Assembly: GCA_973895155.1 (NCBI GenBank)
Contig: OZ316894.1
Location: 15,802,699-15,866,698, forward strand
Length of the DNA: 64,000 nucleotides
Source: Marsupella aquatica
Taxonomy: Eukaryota > Plantae > Marchantiophyta
Direction of reading: 5' to 3'
Every line of letters begins with the position of its first letter. Within the stretch, counting starts at the first letter, position 1. A program made the translations under genes and the position numbers. Of the stretch, positions 48,193 through 62,727 are shown in pieces. Below the pieces are notes generated by a model that was given only the letters and a program-made list of their open reading frames with translations, was not told the DNA's origin and did not search any database.

Positions 48193-50826
48193 ATTATAGT
48201 AATTATTCTATACCTAGAGCTCTCAGTCTAACAGCGACACCTACGGCTACGCCTCTTCTCAGCTGTCAGATTCTCGTTTGAGCCTGCACCTATCTAGGCC
48301 TTAAACTGTGTCTCTCAATGAGATCTGCCGTTGTGAAAAAACTGGCATTCAAAATCGTGAATGGTTAGTAAATACTACAGAAAAACAATATGTGCGATTT
48401 CAAGTTTCAAATTATTTATGTGGGCAAGGCTCGGGCATTGAACAATAGTGCATTCTAAATTGTACTTCAAAGAAAGGACGGTCCTTGACCATGGACTGAT
48501 GGACGGCCCGGTACTGTCTTTCAGGTTCCATTTGGCTACGTGTTCCTGTCCTTAGCTTGCCCTGCATGGTAGTGTCTTTTAGGATTGACCGCCTGCATAC
48601 TAAAGGACAGTCCTATCCAGGTAGAAACAAACGCTCCCCTCCAAAAAGATGTTGAGAATAAGTGCTACTCTACATAGCTTCCTCAGAAAACTCTCAAACC
48701 ATCTAGATCCAGCAATCCGAGAATAAAGAGAGTTCAAATTTAATTTGCTTCTCAGACGAGACTGCGCACGATTGTTCACAAAGAGAAAGAATCGAATCTG
48801 ACACAATCGAGCTGTTCACTATTCAGAAAGTGACGTGTATTTTTTTTAGAATTTCTAGATTTACAAAGGTCTCTAATAACTGACCCGTAACGACAACCTG
48901 TTACGGGTCCTTCCATGCTCTCTGCTGTCCGAGTCAGGAGTGTACGTGTTAGGCACCTGAGGTCGAGGAAGGACGACAGCTTCGGTATTGGTACGGGCTG
49001 CTCCTCTGCTGGCTGCTCTTGGCCAGGTACCGCAGAGACGACGAAGCCTCGAAGGCTCTCGACTCAGTGTCCCTATTGGAAATTCAAACGAACCAAATTC
49101 TAAAACTATTTAGATGTGGGCCGTCTATACCCAGCACGAACGACAAACGATTTAATCGAATTAACTAAAACTTTCTCGTAAACAAAATAGAGAATGAATG
49201 TCGAGCTTACGACGAGATTCAAGCGTCCTCCAAATTAATTGAGATTCTGCATCTCGTTACTGCTCACGAGGAAAGATTGCACTCTTCTCGGTCGAGAACG
49301 GAACGAATTCGGGATTGTGATCGGTTGCGCATGAACAATCCTTTGGAGGAAATGTTCTCTGGGACGCAGATAGTGTCTTTGAGCTTCGATCTGATTACAT
49401 GGCGTCCTTCTCTCTCTTCTTCTTGGTACGATACGGCACTCGGTACTTGCGTCGTACCCGAACCCTCTCTCTCTCTAGCATCTAGATTCGTAGGGCTCTC
49501 GATCGCGAGGGCACTGAGGAGGAGCCATACGATAAGTCCTGAAGGCGATGTACTGCAGTGCAGGGCGATCGATCGAGAGAGAGGACGACGGGAGGAGGAG
49601 GAGGAGTACGCTGCAAGTGCAGATGCACATTTTAACAATCATTACGTGCTTGGATTGTCGGACAGAGTGCATGACGAGCCATGACTTCTTCCTACGTTTG
49701 CGAAGCTATATCTTCTCTAGGCTGCGCTGCATAACTTGCACTTCCTCCACGGGACAGAAACTGGCCACACGAGCCACCCTCAGCTCTCGCCTGTTGATGT
49801 CATTCTTGCGAGTCCAGGACGCTGGAAATGATGGCATTGGATTACAAATTATTGGAGACAAGAAGCTGTTGGATTGTGTTCTGCAGTGTCTTTTCTATGG
49901 CAGGCCTCACTGTCGTCTCTATCATCTTCTGAACTGGCTAAGTTGTCACACGCTCTCCTTGGGAGACACTGTTAACTTTCTGCTCTAAGTTTATTTTCTG
50001 CAAGCCGACAGTGTCTGAGCCTTCTGAGCAGCATCCCGTTCTACAAATTGCGGTTGTGGAACTCACCCACGTTCCAGTGAGTAGGCCTAGTAGGCTCGGA
50101 GAAACTAGCCGGACTCGATCGGCTGCTGGAGTCTGGTGGCAGAAAGCATACGTCGCTGGCTTCAAAGATTAAATGATGTCGACGAACCCATGCATGGCGT
50201 CAGGCATGGCCAGCACTGAAGATGGGACCTGTTGGGAAACTGTGCTCCGTTATTTCGAGACTCCCACGCCGGCCCAATACAGTTTTGAGTTCGACGCAAG
50301 GTCTGTCGATTGATATTGACAGTGGATGGCATAGATGCGTTTTAATTGTGTAATCATCTAGCGCCACGGATAGAGAGAGCGTGATTTTGTTTCCCACGTG
50401 CATGCTCAGTTTCCCGGCTTCTACTTGCTGCTCCCGATGGAAGCGTGATCGTGATCAGATATGTGAGGCAATGCTACTCGTTTGGCTAATTCGCATTGCT
50501 GTTTAAAAGAAAGCAAGAACAGTAATGTCGCGGCTTTGAGGCGAGTTTGATTCCACGTGAACTTAGCTTGTGTTTACGATGATCTGATTCATAGCATGCA
50601 GGTGCCTTGTTTTGCAATTGACAAATGACTCAACCTGTTGGAATAATTGATTTTAGAGTCGAAGAGGAAGGGCAGCCCTTCGAAGAAAACCTCTTGGTGG
50701 ATGAATATTTATTCAAGGTATCCAATGGTGTTCCCTGCCATGCTCTATAGAGTTAATTGTTTCTTTATCGTTAGTTATTAAAATTGATATGACAAACAAA
50801 GACAAATGTGATCTCGTAGTCCATAG

Positions 50827-52317
50827 AAGCTCAGTCCGAATGAGGAATCTAATGATTTTCGTACTCGTGATGCAATACAACAGCAGCCGCCGAGGCAGAC
50901 TGTATACGGCAAAACCCAAAAACTGGAATGGAAACAAGCCGTAGACGCCAAAAGTGATGGCAAGCAGATTAATCCAGCGAAGTTCTTAAAACTTACAGAA
51001 ATCGAAATGGTACAATCTTTGCGCCGATGGAAACAAGTCGCTCAAGACTCCATCGCACATCCTGTCACAATTGAAGAGGCCGATGTCTACGCACTACATC
51101 CTGCGGACCTGATCAGAGGTAAAGCTACCGATCTTTCATCTCCGGCTACAAACGGTGGTCTAAAATTGAGTCTATATAGATAGGTTTGCAAGTCGTAGTC
51201 TATACATCGCACATAGCAAGAGTTCTTACCGCAGGCTGTCGAATCTAAGAGCAAGCCTTCAATAAACATCGGCTTGTAGTGCACGATTGCCGCAGCGATT
51301 TTCCATATTTTCGATATAAATTTAAGAATTAGCTGTGAAGATCTGCATATCAGGTTGTTAAGAGAACTCTGCGGTCGCTCGTCTACTAGGGTGAGTCCTT
51401 TAGAGAAATATGAATCTCGAAAGTCTATATACTCAGTCGAATCGAAAGAAAAGCTTAGCCTGAGGTGAATTCTCACACATGAAACCTACGACATTCTATG
51501 GTTTTCTTTGGTATCAATTTTCTCGTCAAGATATTATTATGGTGTCGAGTCTAAGGAATTAACACTAATCACGAGCTGTTCCTTGTGTTTTCCACGCTCA
51601 GGTGCCTGCACTCACTACTTCTACAGCGCTACAAAGTACAGCTGCTTGAAACGACCAACACGATTGCGAATAACAGAAAACGGCTGTCGATGGAAGCAAC
51701 AGGGCCGGATATTCCCGATCCGTGAGAATGGTCAACCAGTTGCTTTCAAGACTTATTTGAGTTACGTGGCGCTCAAAAATGGCAACAACATTCCTAAAAC
51801 ATTGACCGGTGTCTCAGCCGCCAATGTGGATGCGTTAACAAACAAAGATATGGTCTGCAAAAGGAGAGACCGAAAGTGGTCACTTTGGACGATGGAGGAA
51901 ATCGGCCTTGCCGAGGATATCCAATCCGAGCGAGTTGTTTTGCGACGCGGAGGAAGACCCCGACCGTTTCCTGTTATCTGTCGCATCATCTGCAAGAGAG
52001 ATGGACACGCTGCGGCTCCTTTGCAAGCGAGAACTAAGTATAAGAAACCACCATTTAGAAGCAACGAGTCTCAGGCCGGAGAAGAACCCAGACCTTGCGA
52101 CATAGATATGCCTGCTGCTATTGCCCCTGTCAGCACAGTACCTATGATTAGCGAAGTAAATTGTCTTGCATGCAGCACAAACGCCCAGGGAAGCTGTCTT
52201 ATAGGCAGCACCAGCACGAGCATGAACGCGCAAGACATTCTTGAAGACGAGATTATCAGAGCTCTGATTTACGACCTCCCGTACGGGAAAGTTAGAACGG
52301 CGGCAACCATACGTTAA
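50827..52317 (+). CDS. Divergent NAC (NAM)-domain transcription factor; 5' end uncertain
   Basis: Exon ~50827-51118 (KFLKLTEIEMVQSLRRW...IEEADVYALHPADL; subdomains A/B). Phase-1 GT-AG intron 51119-51601 at the canonical NAC position. Exon 51602-52317 (HYFYS...RWKQQGRIFPI...VAFKTYLSY...WTMEEI...VICRI; subdomains C-E). Confidence 0.8.
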
Positions 52318-52611
52318 AGAGCTAGTCCTAGCTTGGGGCCGTGACTCAACTGCATCCGAGAGCTTGAGTTGCGGTTGGAAAGCTTCCATCCGGACACAGA
52401 CTTGAATAGTACTGGTACCTGAAGTTTTTCCTCAGGCTAGAGGCACGACTATCACACTTGATTTGCACAGGGGGCGTCAACAAAATTTTGGAAATGGAGA
52501 AAATTGTAGGCGTAGGACATCGTGAAGATCAGTTTCTTAGAATACAGCATTAAGAGGAGCGTCAATGTTAGGTTAGATTTTGATGTACAAAATTTGTTAG
52601 CGTGTTAGAGA

Positions 52612-52637
52612 TAGTCTAGTCTAGTCTAGTCTAGTCT
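52612..52637. repeat. (TAGTC)n microsatellite
   Basis: About five tandem TAGTC units. Confidence 0.85.
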
Positions 52638-55193
52638 AACAGCATGATGACAAGGTGTGTACACCACGTAGAATTGAGACATCAAAGAAATCCTCTCCAA
52701 ACTAAATTTTAACTTCGGTTTTCGGCCTCTTCTCTAGCAACAGAGCTTGCTAGGACGGAGCATGCGTTGGGAATGGCTGCGTTGCGTTGGTTGCTTTGAG
52801 ATATTTACAGTCTAAGCAGAAGCAACTGGTACGGTAGGCAGGTAGGTAGAGTAGACTAGATGGGAGTGGAGTCTTCAGATCAATGGTGATTTACATACTT
52901 GGGCCAAGAGGCTCTCCTACTGCAGACGACAATTTATTATCAAGAGTTGCCTTGCGATACATTTGTCGGTCGATCTGAAGCGAAGTACAATTACTGAGAA
53001 TTCATATGCATTATCAAGCGTTGTATTATTTATGATTCATTTGTCAGAATATTCTGTCAATAAAAAATGCATCGCGTGCCAACTCTGAGGTTTTAAATGT
53101 ATGCCGACTGAGGTATTACAGATATGGCTCGCTTCGCGGCCTCAGACAGCAGGCACTTATTGTTACGATCGCTTGCTTAGAGCATTTCGATTCAGAATTT
53201 GGTAACTCCTAAGCACCTTCTATTCAATTCAATTCAGGTCTTTCATTCTTGGTAATTAAGCCAAACTTAACCATGAGTTTCCATCGCAGTTATGGAGTAT
53301 TGAAGGATTATCCACACGCACTCTTACAACACTCTTTGGTTCCTTAACTCTCCGTGGATGCAGCTTCAGTTCTCTATGTACGAATCGCGAATTTGGAGTC
53401 AAAGAGGTAACGTTATCTCCCTGATTTATGAATTTTATGTCTAAATTAATTCAAGTTAGGTTCAATCAAGTTAACCGTCAACTTACATTCATCCGATGCA
53501 TGAGCTGCTTAATGGCCAAACCGTGATTTGTTTCTCCTTGCAGTTAAAGCTCAGCGAAGAACTAAGTCTGACTTTGTTTGGCAGGATCGCGGACTCCACC
53601 CACGTTTCGCAGTCGTAGTGATATCTGTAAGCAAAACCTTGAGCTTCGTTTCGGCAATATGTTTCTTTCGTCTCGTTTGTAAATAAAAGATTATTGTCAT
53701 AATCTGTCACTAACTGCAGCCGACAGAGTCTCACCTAATCACGAGTCCCGCCACGAGTACTTACTCTGTGATGAAACAATGAAGATGTCCGTGTCTTCTT
53801 TGGAATCTAATTCAAGAGTTTGAATTTTTCACTGATTTAAAATAACTTTGTCTGACAAGTGTCTTGCTGAGTTCCTCACGGATATTTCTATTGCATGATC
53901 TGGTATTCCTGAGAATAGGTTTAACACAAGTTCTACTATGAATATGATGTAAGTGCGATACATATGATGTAAGTGCGATGCAATATATTATCATCCGAGG
54001 ATATTCAGCTAATTTCTTGGAAGCGTCATCGGCCATGCATGGAATGTAGTTACTGCAGGTCACTATTGCTTTATAGAGAAAGGATTTGCCATTCATTATA
54101 GAGCAAGATCTGTTAAGCATTCGGAAGGACCATTCTCTGGTCGATGATGAATGCAGTCTGTCCAGTTCCGATTGTGAACATTGGTGGAGTGCAGGCGAGA
54201 GTTTAGGGTTTCCTGAAGATAGAGTTTGGATATGGAGTTTGCCATGTTATGGGCTTTTAAATTCTTGACGAGTTCAAGCAGATCGATCTACTCACTGAAC
54301 AAAACTGTTCCTCGACCTACAGTAGGTAGAGGAGTGGGGGTTGCTCGTGACTTCTGCCCATTATGCATGGTCGATCAGGAACTTGAATTTGCGAGATAGA
54401 ATGTTCTAGGATGATCGATCGAGTGGGCGACTTCGTCAAAGAACTTCATTTCAGATGCTTTCATGCCTGTGCATGAGATGGAACATCTCGAGGGCAATTA
54501 TAGCGGTCTCTCGCTCTCTCTCTCTCTCTCTCTGAATATGAAGGACTCCCAATTCCCAGAAGCTATATATATCAATTGCCAAGGGAGGAACTTCGCTCAA
54601 TCATTAGTTTGTTTGAATGGCACAATATTGTGTGTAAAAAGGCGTTAGGTTATTGTTCCAGATACATCTTCACTTGGCTTGTCCTCAAGACTGATTTTGT
54701 AGCCGTGGATGTTTAATTTGCAATTTAAGTATTCTTTACCTAGGACGAAGACCTAAGTACTTGTTCTTGAAATCTGATTTCATTCACATCAATTGATGGA
54801 TCCTAAAATCCCCCGTATAGCACGATGACTACCACCACAGCCACTCCCCTTTCCAGGTAATACTCAGCTAGGTCCTGACAAGATCCAATGGACCATGTGG
54901 ATATTAATCATGTGGAGTTGTTCCCATTAGTAAATGGATTTACAAGAACAATAGGTCCTGTTAAAAATAGATTTCTTCTCTTTCTTCTGATAAACCACGA
55001 ACAGTAGTTTCTATCACTCTGTCCCCTGGGCTGTGAGCCGGAAGGGTTTGGAGCCCATAACCCCGAGCAGCCCAAGGCATGGGTTACAGAACATAAACCC
55101 TCTCCTTGTGAATCTTCGAGAAATTATTGTTAGTGCCACGAACAATAGATCGAGATTTATAGCAGAGGAAAGAGATTTAGATCAGGGAATTTG

Positions 55194-55265
55194 CGGGCCA
55201 GGAAGGGATTATGGTTCAATGAAAAAAATCTCGGGCCAGGAAGGGGATTATGGTTCAATGAAAAT
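55194..55265. repeat. Short tandem duplication
   Basis: CGGGCCAGGAAGGG(G)ATTATGGTTCAATGAAAA x2. Confidence 0.8.
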
Positions 55266-56617
55266 CTAAAGGAGTACTCACAATGAGGGTTTACTAAGTT
55301 TACAATAAACAAAGAAAATACACCGACGGCCCCAGAGCTTGCAGATTGGCTTACGGTGATTCTGATGGTCCAAGCCCTCCACATTCCACGTAGAGGTTCA
55401 TAGTCTCTACAGAACAGGAGACACAGACTTTACTTTGCTGCCCCTTATCCGGCACCCTTACAAAAAAGATTAATTAATTAATTTGTTTCTGATGCGTGTT
55501 ATGATTGGCGTCGCACAAATACCCCTAGTTCTGAATACCCCAAACACCGACCGACCAAAACTTTTCAGGGACCGCATAGGATTCCCATGAGAATATTCAC
55601 AATTGTTACATTTAACTTACCCTGGTAGTACTATGGCTACAAACTAACCACGATTAAGAACATGCCCGTCCTGAACAATTGTATGCTCATTTTTCCTGCC
55701 CAGATTGACAGGGCGTCATACCAGCAGAAGTACGAAGTCATTAGAAACTGAAGCCTGGATGGATCTTGGTTGTGGCCGCATTATGACTTCATTACAATGA
55801 GCACAAAAGTGGAAAACAGTAATAAATGAAGACTTCACTTAACACTTACAAAATTTCACATGGGTAAACTCAAAACCAGGCAGCACCAGTAGTCCCTAGT
55901 AATGGCATGACCTAGAGCTCAAGTGATGTCTTTCAGGTTCAAGTCCATCAAATAGTCCAACCACCAAGGAGACCTATTCGACCACGACCAGCCAATGCTA
56001 CAAAACTTGTAGCTGGAACAGGCTGTAAATGGAAAAGCACTGGATTATAGGTCACATTTCAGTCGAAAGTGAAAATGTTGGTATTTGATTCCAATTCAGC
56101 ATTCTGAGCAAGTCAATCCAATGAGCTTTACCAGTCCATTTGAGCTTCACAAACAAAGTGGAGGTCCAACTGGGCTTTGGTTTCAGCAAAAACACCTTCC
56201 CGTGTCAAAGTAAGATTCAAATAATTCAAGGGAAAATTGAAACATATGGACACTGTATTTTGTATGATTTGGGATATGGGAGGATCTTGGATAGGGATAC
56301 GGTAATGATTGCTGCTGATAGTCCATGAAGCATAGGGTTGTTTTTGGTTTTTTGTTCAAAAGAAACAGTGCGCCAAATGTCTCCAACAGCCTCGGTGGCA
56401 ATGACCAGCTAGGCACAATGAAAAACAGAGCCAAGGGGCCATAGCACACAACAACCAAGCACCGCAGCACCGGAAACAGGGAACTGCCCAAACAAACCCT
56501 AGATCTCCAAGTAACCTTATGCCCAGAGTGGATCAAGGCCATCCACTTTCAAACAATCATGACAGAAGTCGCATAACTGTTTCTGAAGATGGGGTGACCA
56601 GTCCCATCCTTTCTGTT

Positions 56618-56766
56618 ATTCTAGTGCTAGTGGGTCGAAGGTGCCAGTAAAAAGTTGAATCTCTAATGCAATGATCCCTAGTAATAACATCTTGCTGCTC
56701 TAGAGGAATTCTAGTGCTAGTGGGTCTAAGATGTCTGAATGCAATGATTCCTAGTAATAACATCTT
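56618..56766. repeat. ~90-bp imperfect tandem duplication
   Basis: ATTCTAGTGCTAGTGGGTC...AATGCAATGAT.CCTAGTAATAACATCTT occurs twice. Confidence 0.75.
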
Positions 56767-58640
56767 ATGTGCTACACTTCTGTGGCTTGCCATGTTTCCT
56801 GGAATCATTCAAGGCACCACATCCATCCTGACTAATTGCTTCCCTACCTTGGGGATGACACCAAACCTGTCTATATCTAGACTCAAACATCAATAATGCT
56901 ACCATTGTATTCAAGGAATAATGCTACCATTGTTGGTACTATTTCTATTGGTCATCTTAATGATTTGTGTCAATGTCTGATTCAAGTCCCTGGACTTTCT
57001 CACACTTTAGGTGCATTCAGGAGTAAAATGAAGCTCTATGTAAAATGTGTTATAAAGGAAACCAAGCAAACATTAGCTTGAAAGTTTGCAGCAGTTCCAT
57101 GTAGAATGAGCTGCAAAGGGAACCACACAACGTTAGCTTGGAACATGTGTTGTCTTCTCTAACCATTTCATAACATTGTTTGGAAAGTTTTACCCAAAAA
57201 GCTTTCAAAACCTAAAATCTGGTGTCCATAAATTATTCGTCCAGATGAAAAACCAGTTCTCGTAAAGCTATCGTACAATGGGAGTGAACCGGTTGGACAA
57301 CCTTGACACAACCATTCAAAATTTGGCAAGCAATGGCAGGTGTGATTACTACTTATGAGTGGAGTGAATTAGTTCAAGGACCCCTTGGTTATGTAAGCTT
57401 GTTTTTTTTTAACTATTTTGAACCATGAAGAGTTGCACATTGGAAAAGATAGATGAGAGGACAAAGATTAAATGGAAGATTCTATATGAAGTGAATTTTA
57501 AAGTTAGTCGGGACAATTTCATTGAAAACAAATACACATACATTCATGGTAATATTGAGGGCAATTCTCCATGCAAAATGTTTCCCTTAGTACCTCAATG
57601 TCTATACAATACATGCAACATTTCATATGGTTCATGCAAAATATTACTTTGTCCATAGTAGTTGAAAGGTTTTAGAGTCCTTCGGTATTCCTCTACCCAT
57701 AGTAGTTATGGTGTTTCTTACCTTTTCTTGTTACTCTTCTATTCATAGTAGCCAAAAGGTTTTTTAAGTTACCTTGGTAAATGTTAGAGAAGTCAAAAGT
57801 TTTTTGTGTTTCTTATGTTAACTTGGTAAATGTTAGACTAGATGAAGAGTTTTTTCTACTTGTCATTATTATAAAAAAAGTGTAAATTAAAAAGAAAAAT
57901 TGACACAAATTACCAACAAACATTAATATATCAATCATAACTCATCCAAAGATTACTTTCTTTCACCCTATTTTATCTTTTTTTAATTTATTTTTCAATT
58001 TTCATTGGTTTTACAGTTATAGAGTCTAGATGTTTTTTTTTGCCTTGCCCCAAACACAAGTAGTCAGATTTGGTTCTTCTTGCATAACTAAGTTGTTTGT
58101 GACAAATCATGTAGGTGTGACTCCACATGCATCCAAGAATTTTAGAAGGAATTTCACATGGGGGGTCTATAAACAAATTTCACACTAGCTTAAACCACCA
58201 CTGGCCATACATATAAGGGGGAACTGTACACGAATTCACTTTTTTCCCAAATTAATACTCGTAACAAGGGGAGTGAATAGAAGTGAATAAAAGATGCCCT
58301 GAACCAATTGCACACTTGCTTAAATCATCCTTTGCCATATATAAGGGGAACTGTCCACATTTCCCTAAAGACTTCAGTTTTCCTCACATTCCACTCACTC
58401 TTTTCCTCTACCTTGTCAGTAGCATCCATAACTCGAGGAAAAATTGCAAATATTGGTAGAATTTTGAGTGTATGTTTAAGGAGAATCATCCTAGGTTGAA
58501 GGAGAATAATCACACAATGTTTTTAGTAGGGCACACACATTTGACAAGACCCATCTTCATAATGGACAGTTAAGGTTTAATCTCCATTGCTCGTGTGGTG
58601 TATGCAGCTGCCCTTAAATCTCCAAAGCTACTGGACCAGC

Positions 58641-58762
58641 CATCCCTGCCGTCAGTTCCCCTTGTGCCCTTATACTTACATCTCCTCCTTGCTGTCAGTT
58701 CCCTTTTGCCTTATGCTTACATCTCCCTGCCGTCAGTTCCCCGTGCCTTTGCTTACATCTCC
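58641..58762. repeat. ~38-40 bp tandem repeat x3
   Basis: GC(C/T)GTCAGTTCCC...GCCTT...CTTACATCTCC is repeated. Confidence 0.75.
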
Positions 58763-60738
58763 TTTGACCGGCTGCTGTATTGCCAGCCCCATGGCGTACA
58801 ATCAGAGCCCTCGAAGCTGATTGGAAGTCCAGAATTTTGATTGCAGGTTGATTTGGAAAGGGCACATTGAACCGGGACTGCCAAGACTGTCAGTGGATTA
58901 GGAAAGGGCATATTGATGGTGCTATATGGAGGCTTGCACCATTCGATTGTTAGGGTCTTCCTAAATACCTCGGCCTAGTATACATCTTTTTCCTGGATGG
59001 ATTTATTTCGCATGTCAGGATGGCCGGGGGAGGGGAGGGGGGTGAAGTTGAAAGGGTGAGGCCTTAAAGGATGTCATGAGCCTGAGGGCAGTGGCAATGC
59101 TCTAGCGGTTGAGGTGTTGCTGACACTTCAAATCACAAAGTTTCCGTACACCAGTAATTAGAAAGATGATGAAGTCGGAGAGGACTACATCCGCACCGAT
59201 ATCTGCGAGGAAATAAAATGTAGGGCTGCTCCTGAACCTGAACTATCTCAAGGGTTCAGATATCGTGCTGATCAATTTCGAGATATCATCTTTTCAGCTC
59301 ATCAAAGGTCCATTGCTCTGTAATCCATGAAAAATTGCTAGACTGTCTTTCGAATTACAGCCCTTCAACTTGTGTAAAACAATATACGCCGACCGAGTTA
59401 CTCTCTTAACAAAAATGTAGGAAACCGCGGGTACAGAAGCAGACAACAAAGCAGCATGGAGAGCACATGACTAGATTACTGCGCATCTAATGTGTTAATA
59501 TAGTTTTCCCAAGAATGAACAAGGTAAGGGAGAACTCAATTCCAAACACTGCAAATAGAAAACCTCGGTCCAGAACAAAGCCATAGAGAGAAATCCCAGC
59601 ATTTGCAAACTGCAGGTAGTCCACTGCAACAAACACCAATAGCAAAACTATCAGTCAACTTCATCCAAACAGAAACAAAGCCAGGGCGATCTCAATGCCA
59701 AACACAGCATAGAGGAACTCCCTGTCTAAAAAGAAACCATAGAGCGAAATGCCTGCATTGGCATACTGCAGGCACCCCACTGCAAGAGACAACAGTTGCA
59801 CCGCTATCAGTTTTCTAAACTAACATAAATAGGTACTCAGAGAGAAATGTAGGTCAAACATAGAAGAGAGGAAGATCCGATCTAAGTTAAATCCATATAT
59901 AGAAACCCCTCCTCTGGCAAACTGCAGATACTTCACTGCAACAATCAACAATCGACACCATCAGAAATGCAACCCAATGCAATCAGCTTCTGAAATAGTG
60001 ACCAGCCGGCAGTTGACAGATCGAAAGTACACATGTTACAACCAATTGATGCTGACAGTGTTTCACTAAATTTGAATCTTCTTCACTCCCGCGACAGGTT
60101 CAGGCTACAAACTTCAGGGGTCAAGGGCACAACCAGTATCATTCTCTAGAAGTCCTCTCTACTGACTTCCCATTACCACTATAAAGTTAATAATGAAAGC
60201 CGGTTAAAAGCTTGTAAATCAGCAGTTTGGGCATAAAGGAGTCGCAAAGTCTTAAAAAGGCCAGAAATACACCTAGCAGACAAAAAATAAAAGGTTTTAG
60301 TGGAGATGGAGGCATCTTTCAGTTTTTAGCCAGTCCGGGAAATGTGGGATAGGGCATATACCCTCACAAATGAAAACTGACATGGTGAATATGCGTTCTT
60401 CTGAGTCTCTCACCTAAGAACAGGCAGAAATTTTTCTAAAGGAACTTTCCGCCCAGAGAAACGGGAACTACTGCTAAAAAGGAAGCACATGAAGGGACTT
60501 TGTCATTCGAGAACAAAGTTATTGGGAAGTGTCCGCATTATTAACTTCGTTGTCTCACAACGAAATACTTTGCAGAAGTCTTTCATTAGAAACAGTAGAA
60601 ACGAAAAGACGTGCGTAGACTTAGCTCCCAAGACTCACAACAGCAGAAAGACTTGCAAAAAGTAAGAATACAGTCGGCACCGCCAGCATTCAAAAGTATT
60701 ATCGGCAATGTCTAAGTCAGGGATGAGATTTTTCATAC

Positions 60739-62727
60739 TTAGAGCTTGCCGTTGTTGAAACGCCTCTATGTCATGCGGAGGCGGATGCGCTGGTCTGTCG
60801 GCCACATTGATAGCATACTCCAAGTCACCATAAGAACTATTGTACAGTAGAGGATGGGCAGGACCAAGGGGGTGCGAAGGAGACGATACATCATCTGAAG
60901 ACACCGTGGACGGGCTGCAGGTAGCCACCGCATGCCACTGACTAACAATGGACATTATTCGCTGGGCTCTGTGCGTGATCTTTGCGGCTCCATGAAGGCA
61001 GAGAACACATCCACTGAGTTGAACGATTGAGCAAACCTGCAACACCATATACAATGGCCGCAGAAGTCAAACTTGACTTCTCCCAAAAGTTTCTCCGCAA
61101 AAAAAGTTTTTCTTCTTGCTCATAAGGTCTTCTAAGAAAACGAATTCACACGAAGATAAATTTCGTTCCTAGCAATGCCACGACCATGAGATAGAACTAT
61201 GCCATCCACAAATTCCATCATACGTCACTTTGCAGCAAGATTGAAAAAATGTCATGCAGAGTCCAATCCCTGGTGCAAACTACCCAGAAAGAATACATGA
61301 ATGATTTAGCAACGTCCTCTTACCACAAGATCACCAGCTCTGAAGAAAGTAATCCTATTGTGTTTATCTGTGACCACGAAGAGGGAGGTCAACTGGCTGA
61401 AAGTTATTGTGAACATCGATAAGAGTACGAAATTCCGATAGCGATGGCTTATCAAGAGAAGCTGGTCGCGTATGCGCATGTGTTCTTTCAGGATGGTGGA
61501 AACATCAGAAGTTTCTTCAAGTAGCTTGATGTAGCCTTGCAAGCGGAGTATTTGAAGTGAACACATTAATCTGAAGAGTACACAGACGAAGAGAAAGACA
61601 TTCGATTTGTACAGCCATGAGACCAACGACACCGAGCATAGGATTATATTAAGTGCAGGATCTTGATAGAGGAACGGAATTTGCACTGCGGCACAAAGGT
61701 ACCACCATACTTTGTGTACCAGCTCCACTATCAGACAAGGAATAAGAATGTACACAAGCAATTTGAAAGAATTCTGCACAACAGCGGGCGGTACTTTGTT
61801 AGTAAGCGATGATGAGTAGTTTCACTATACTACAACCATGTCAACAGACTCTCAGCACAAAATTAGGGAATGAAGTTTTTATCAAGGCTCTGCGGTTGCA
61901 GCTAAGCCTCACACTGAAGCTTAACTAGTGCGAAACAAATCCCCTGACTCACCAGTAAAAAATGAGTGTTTAAAACCTTGAGACGCCCAAAAAACACCTG
62001 AATGCTACAATTCGGGCAAGCCTTTCCGTCAAATGGCTAAAAGAAATCGGAATAAATGGAAGGTAAGAATTAAATGAAGTTAAAAGTGTGATGTTCGCTT
62101 CAGTTCTGCGTTACCAAGTTTAGAAAGTAACCCTAAAAGTGCAAAACGTGAGAGCCAAAGATAACGCTTACGTACATGGAGTTCTCGTTCGTATCCGAGT
62201 CTAACAGCTGTTGATTCATGGCCAAGTTTGTCAAGGAGCAGAACTTTCTTTAAACCATACTGGCGAAGAATTCTTGTGAGACAAATGAATGAAACAGCTC
62301 CCAAAGCCGATTCTGAGAAGTCGACAAGCTGCTGGAAAGGATGACTGTGATTGTAATCGCATTTCTCACAAGAAACGTACACCCAACTCAGCACAGGTAC
62401 AATAAGGGTAAAGAATAGGAAAATAATCCATGAGCAAACGAGCCGTGTTGTTGTTGACTGATCGAGTGTCAAGAAGAACAAGTAGTTTTGAAATCGTTCA
62501 AGCTCAACTACACTTGTCATCCTACTAGAGGAGAGTAGACTCCTATATATTCTTCGTACCACATTTAACCGAGGAGATCCTCCTGAACCCCGTAAACTCG
62601 AAGCCTTCTCCTCTTGACCAGAAGATTCTCCGGGCAGAGATGTAGGTTTCAATTGATTCTCCTCGGGCCCTTCATTCTCCACCTGTTGTTCAGGGTCCGG
62701 AGCCAACAACGGCTCGCCTGTCCCCAT
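60739..62727 (-). CDS. DUF3537-family multi-pass membrane protein; last exon not located
   Basis: Exons 62727-62176, 61773-61324 and 61036-60739. Motifs LDQS...SWIIF, RQYGLKKVLLLDKL, SWLY...FLFVCVLFRLMCSLQILRL, EHMRIRDQLLLISHRYRNF, GAAKITHRAQ...SQWHAVAT, FQQRQAL. Confidence 0.92.

Noticed and set aside
48915-50403. Cluster of 60-146 aa ORFs on both strands
   Set aside because: No recognisable domain or consistent splice model; possibly upstream/UTR sequence of the NAC gene.
55032-55601. TGTGA...TCACA candidate solo LTR
   Set aside because: Flanks (TGGGC vs ATTGT) are not a TSD.
61978-61988. TTGAGACGCCC matching the PHIS right TIR
   Set aside because: Isolated 11-bp match in a DUF3537 intron, with no partner TIR, TSD or subterminal motifs.
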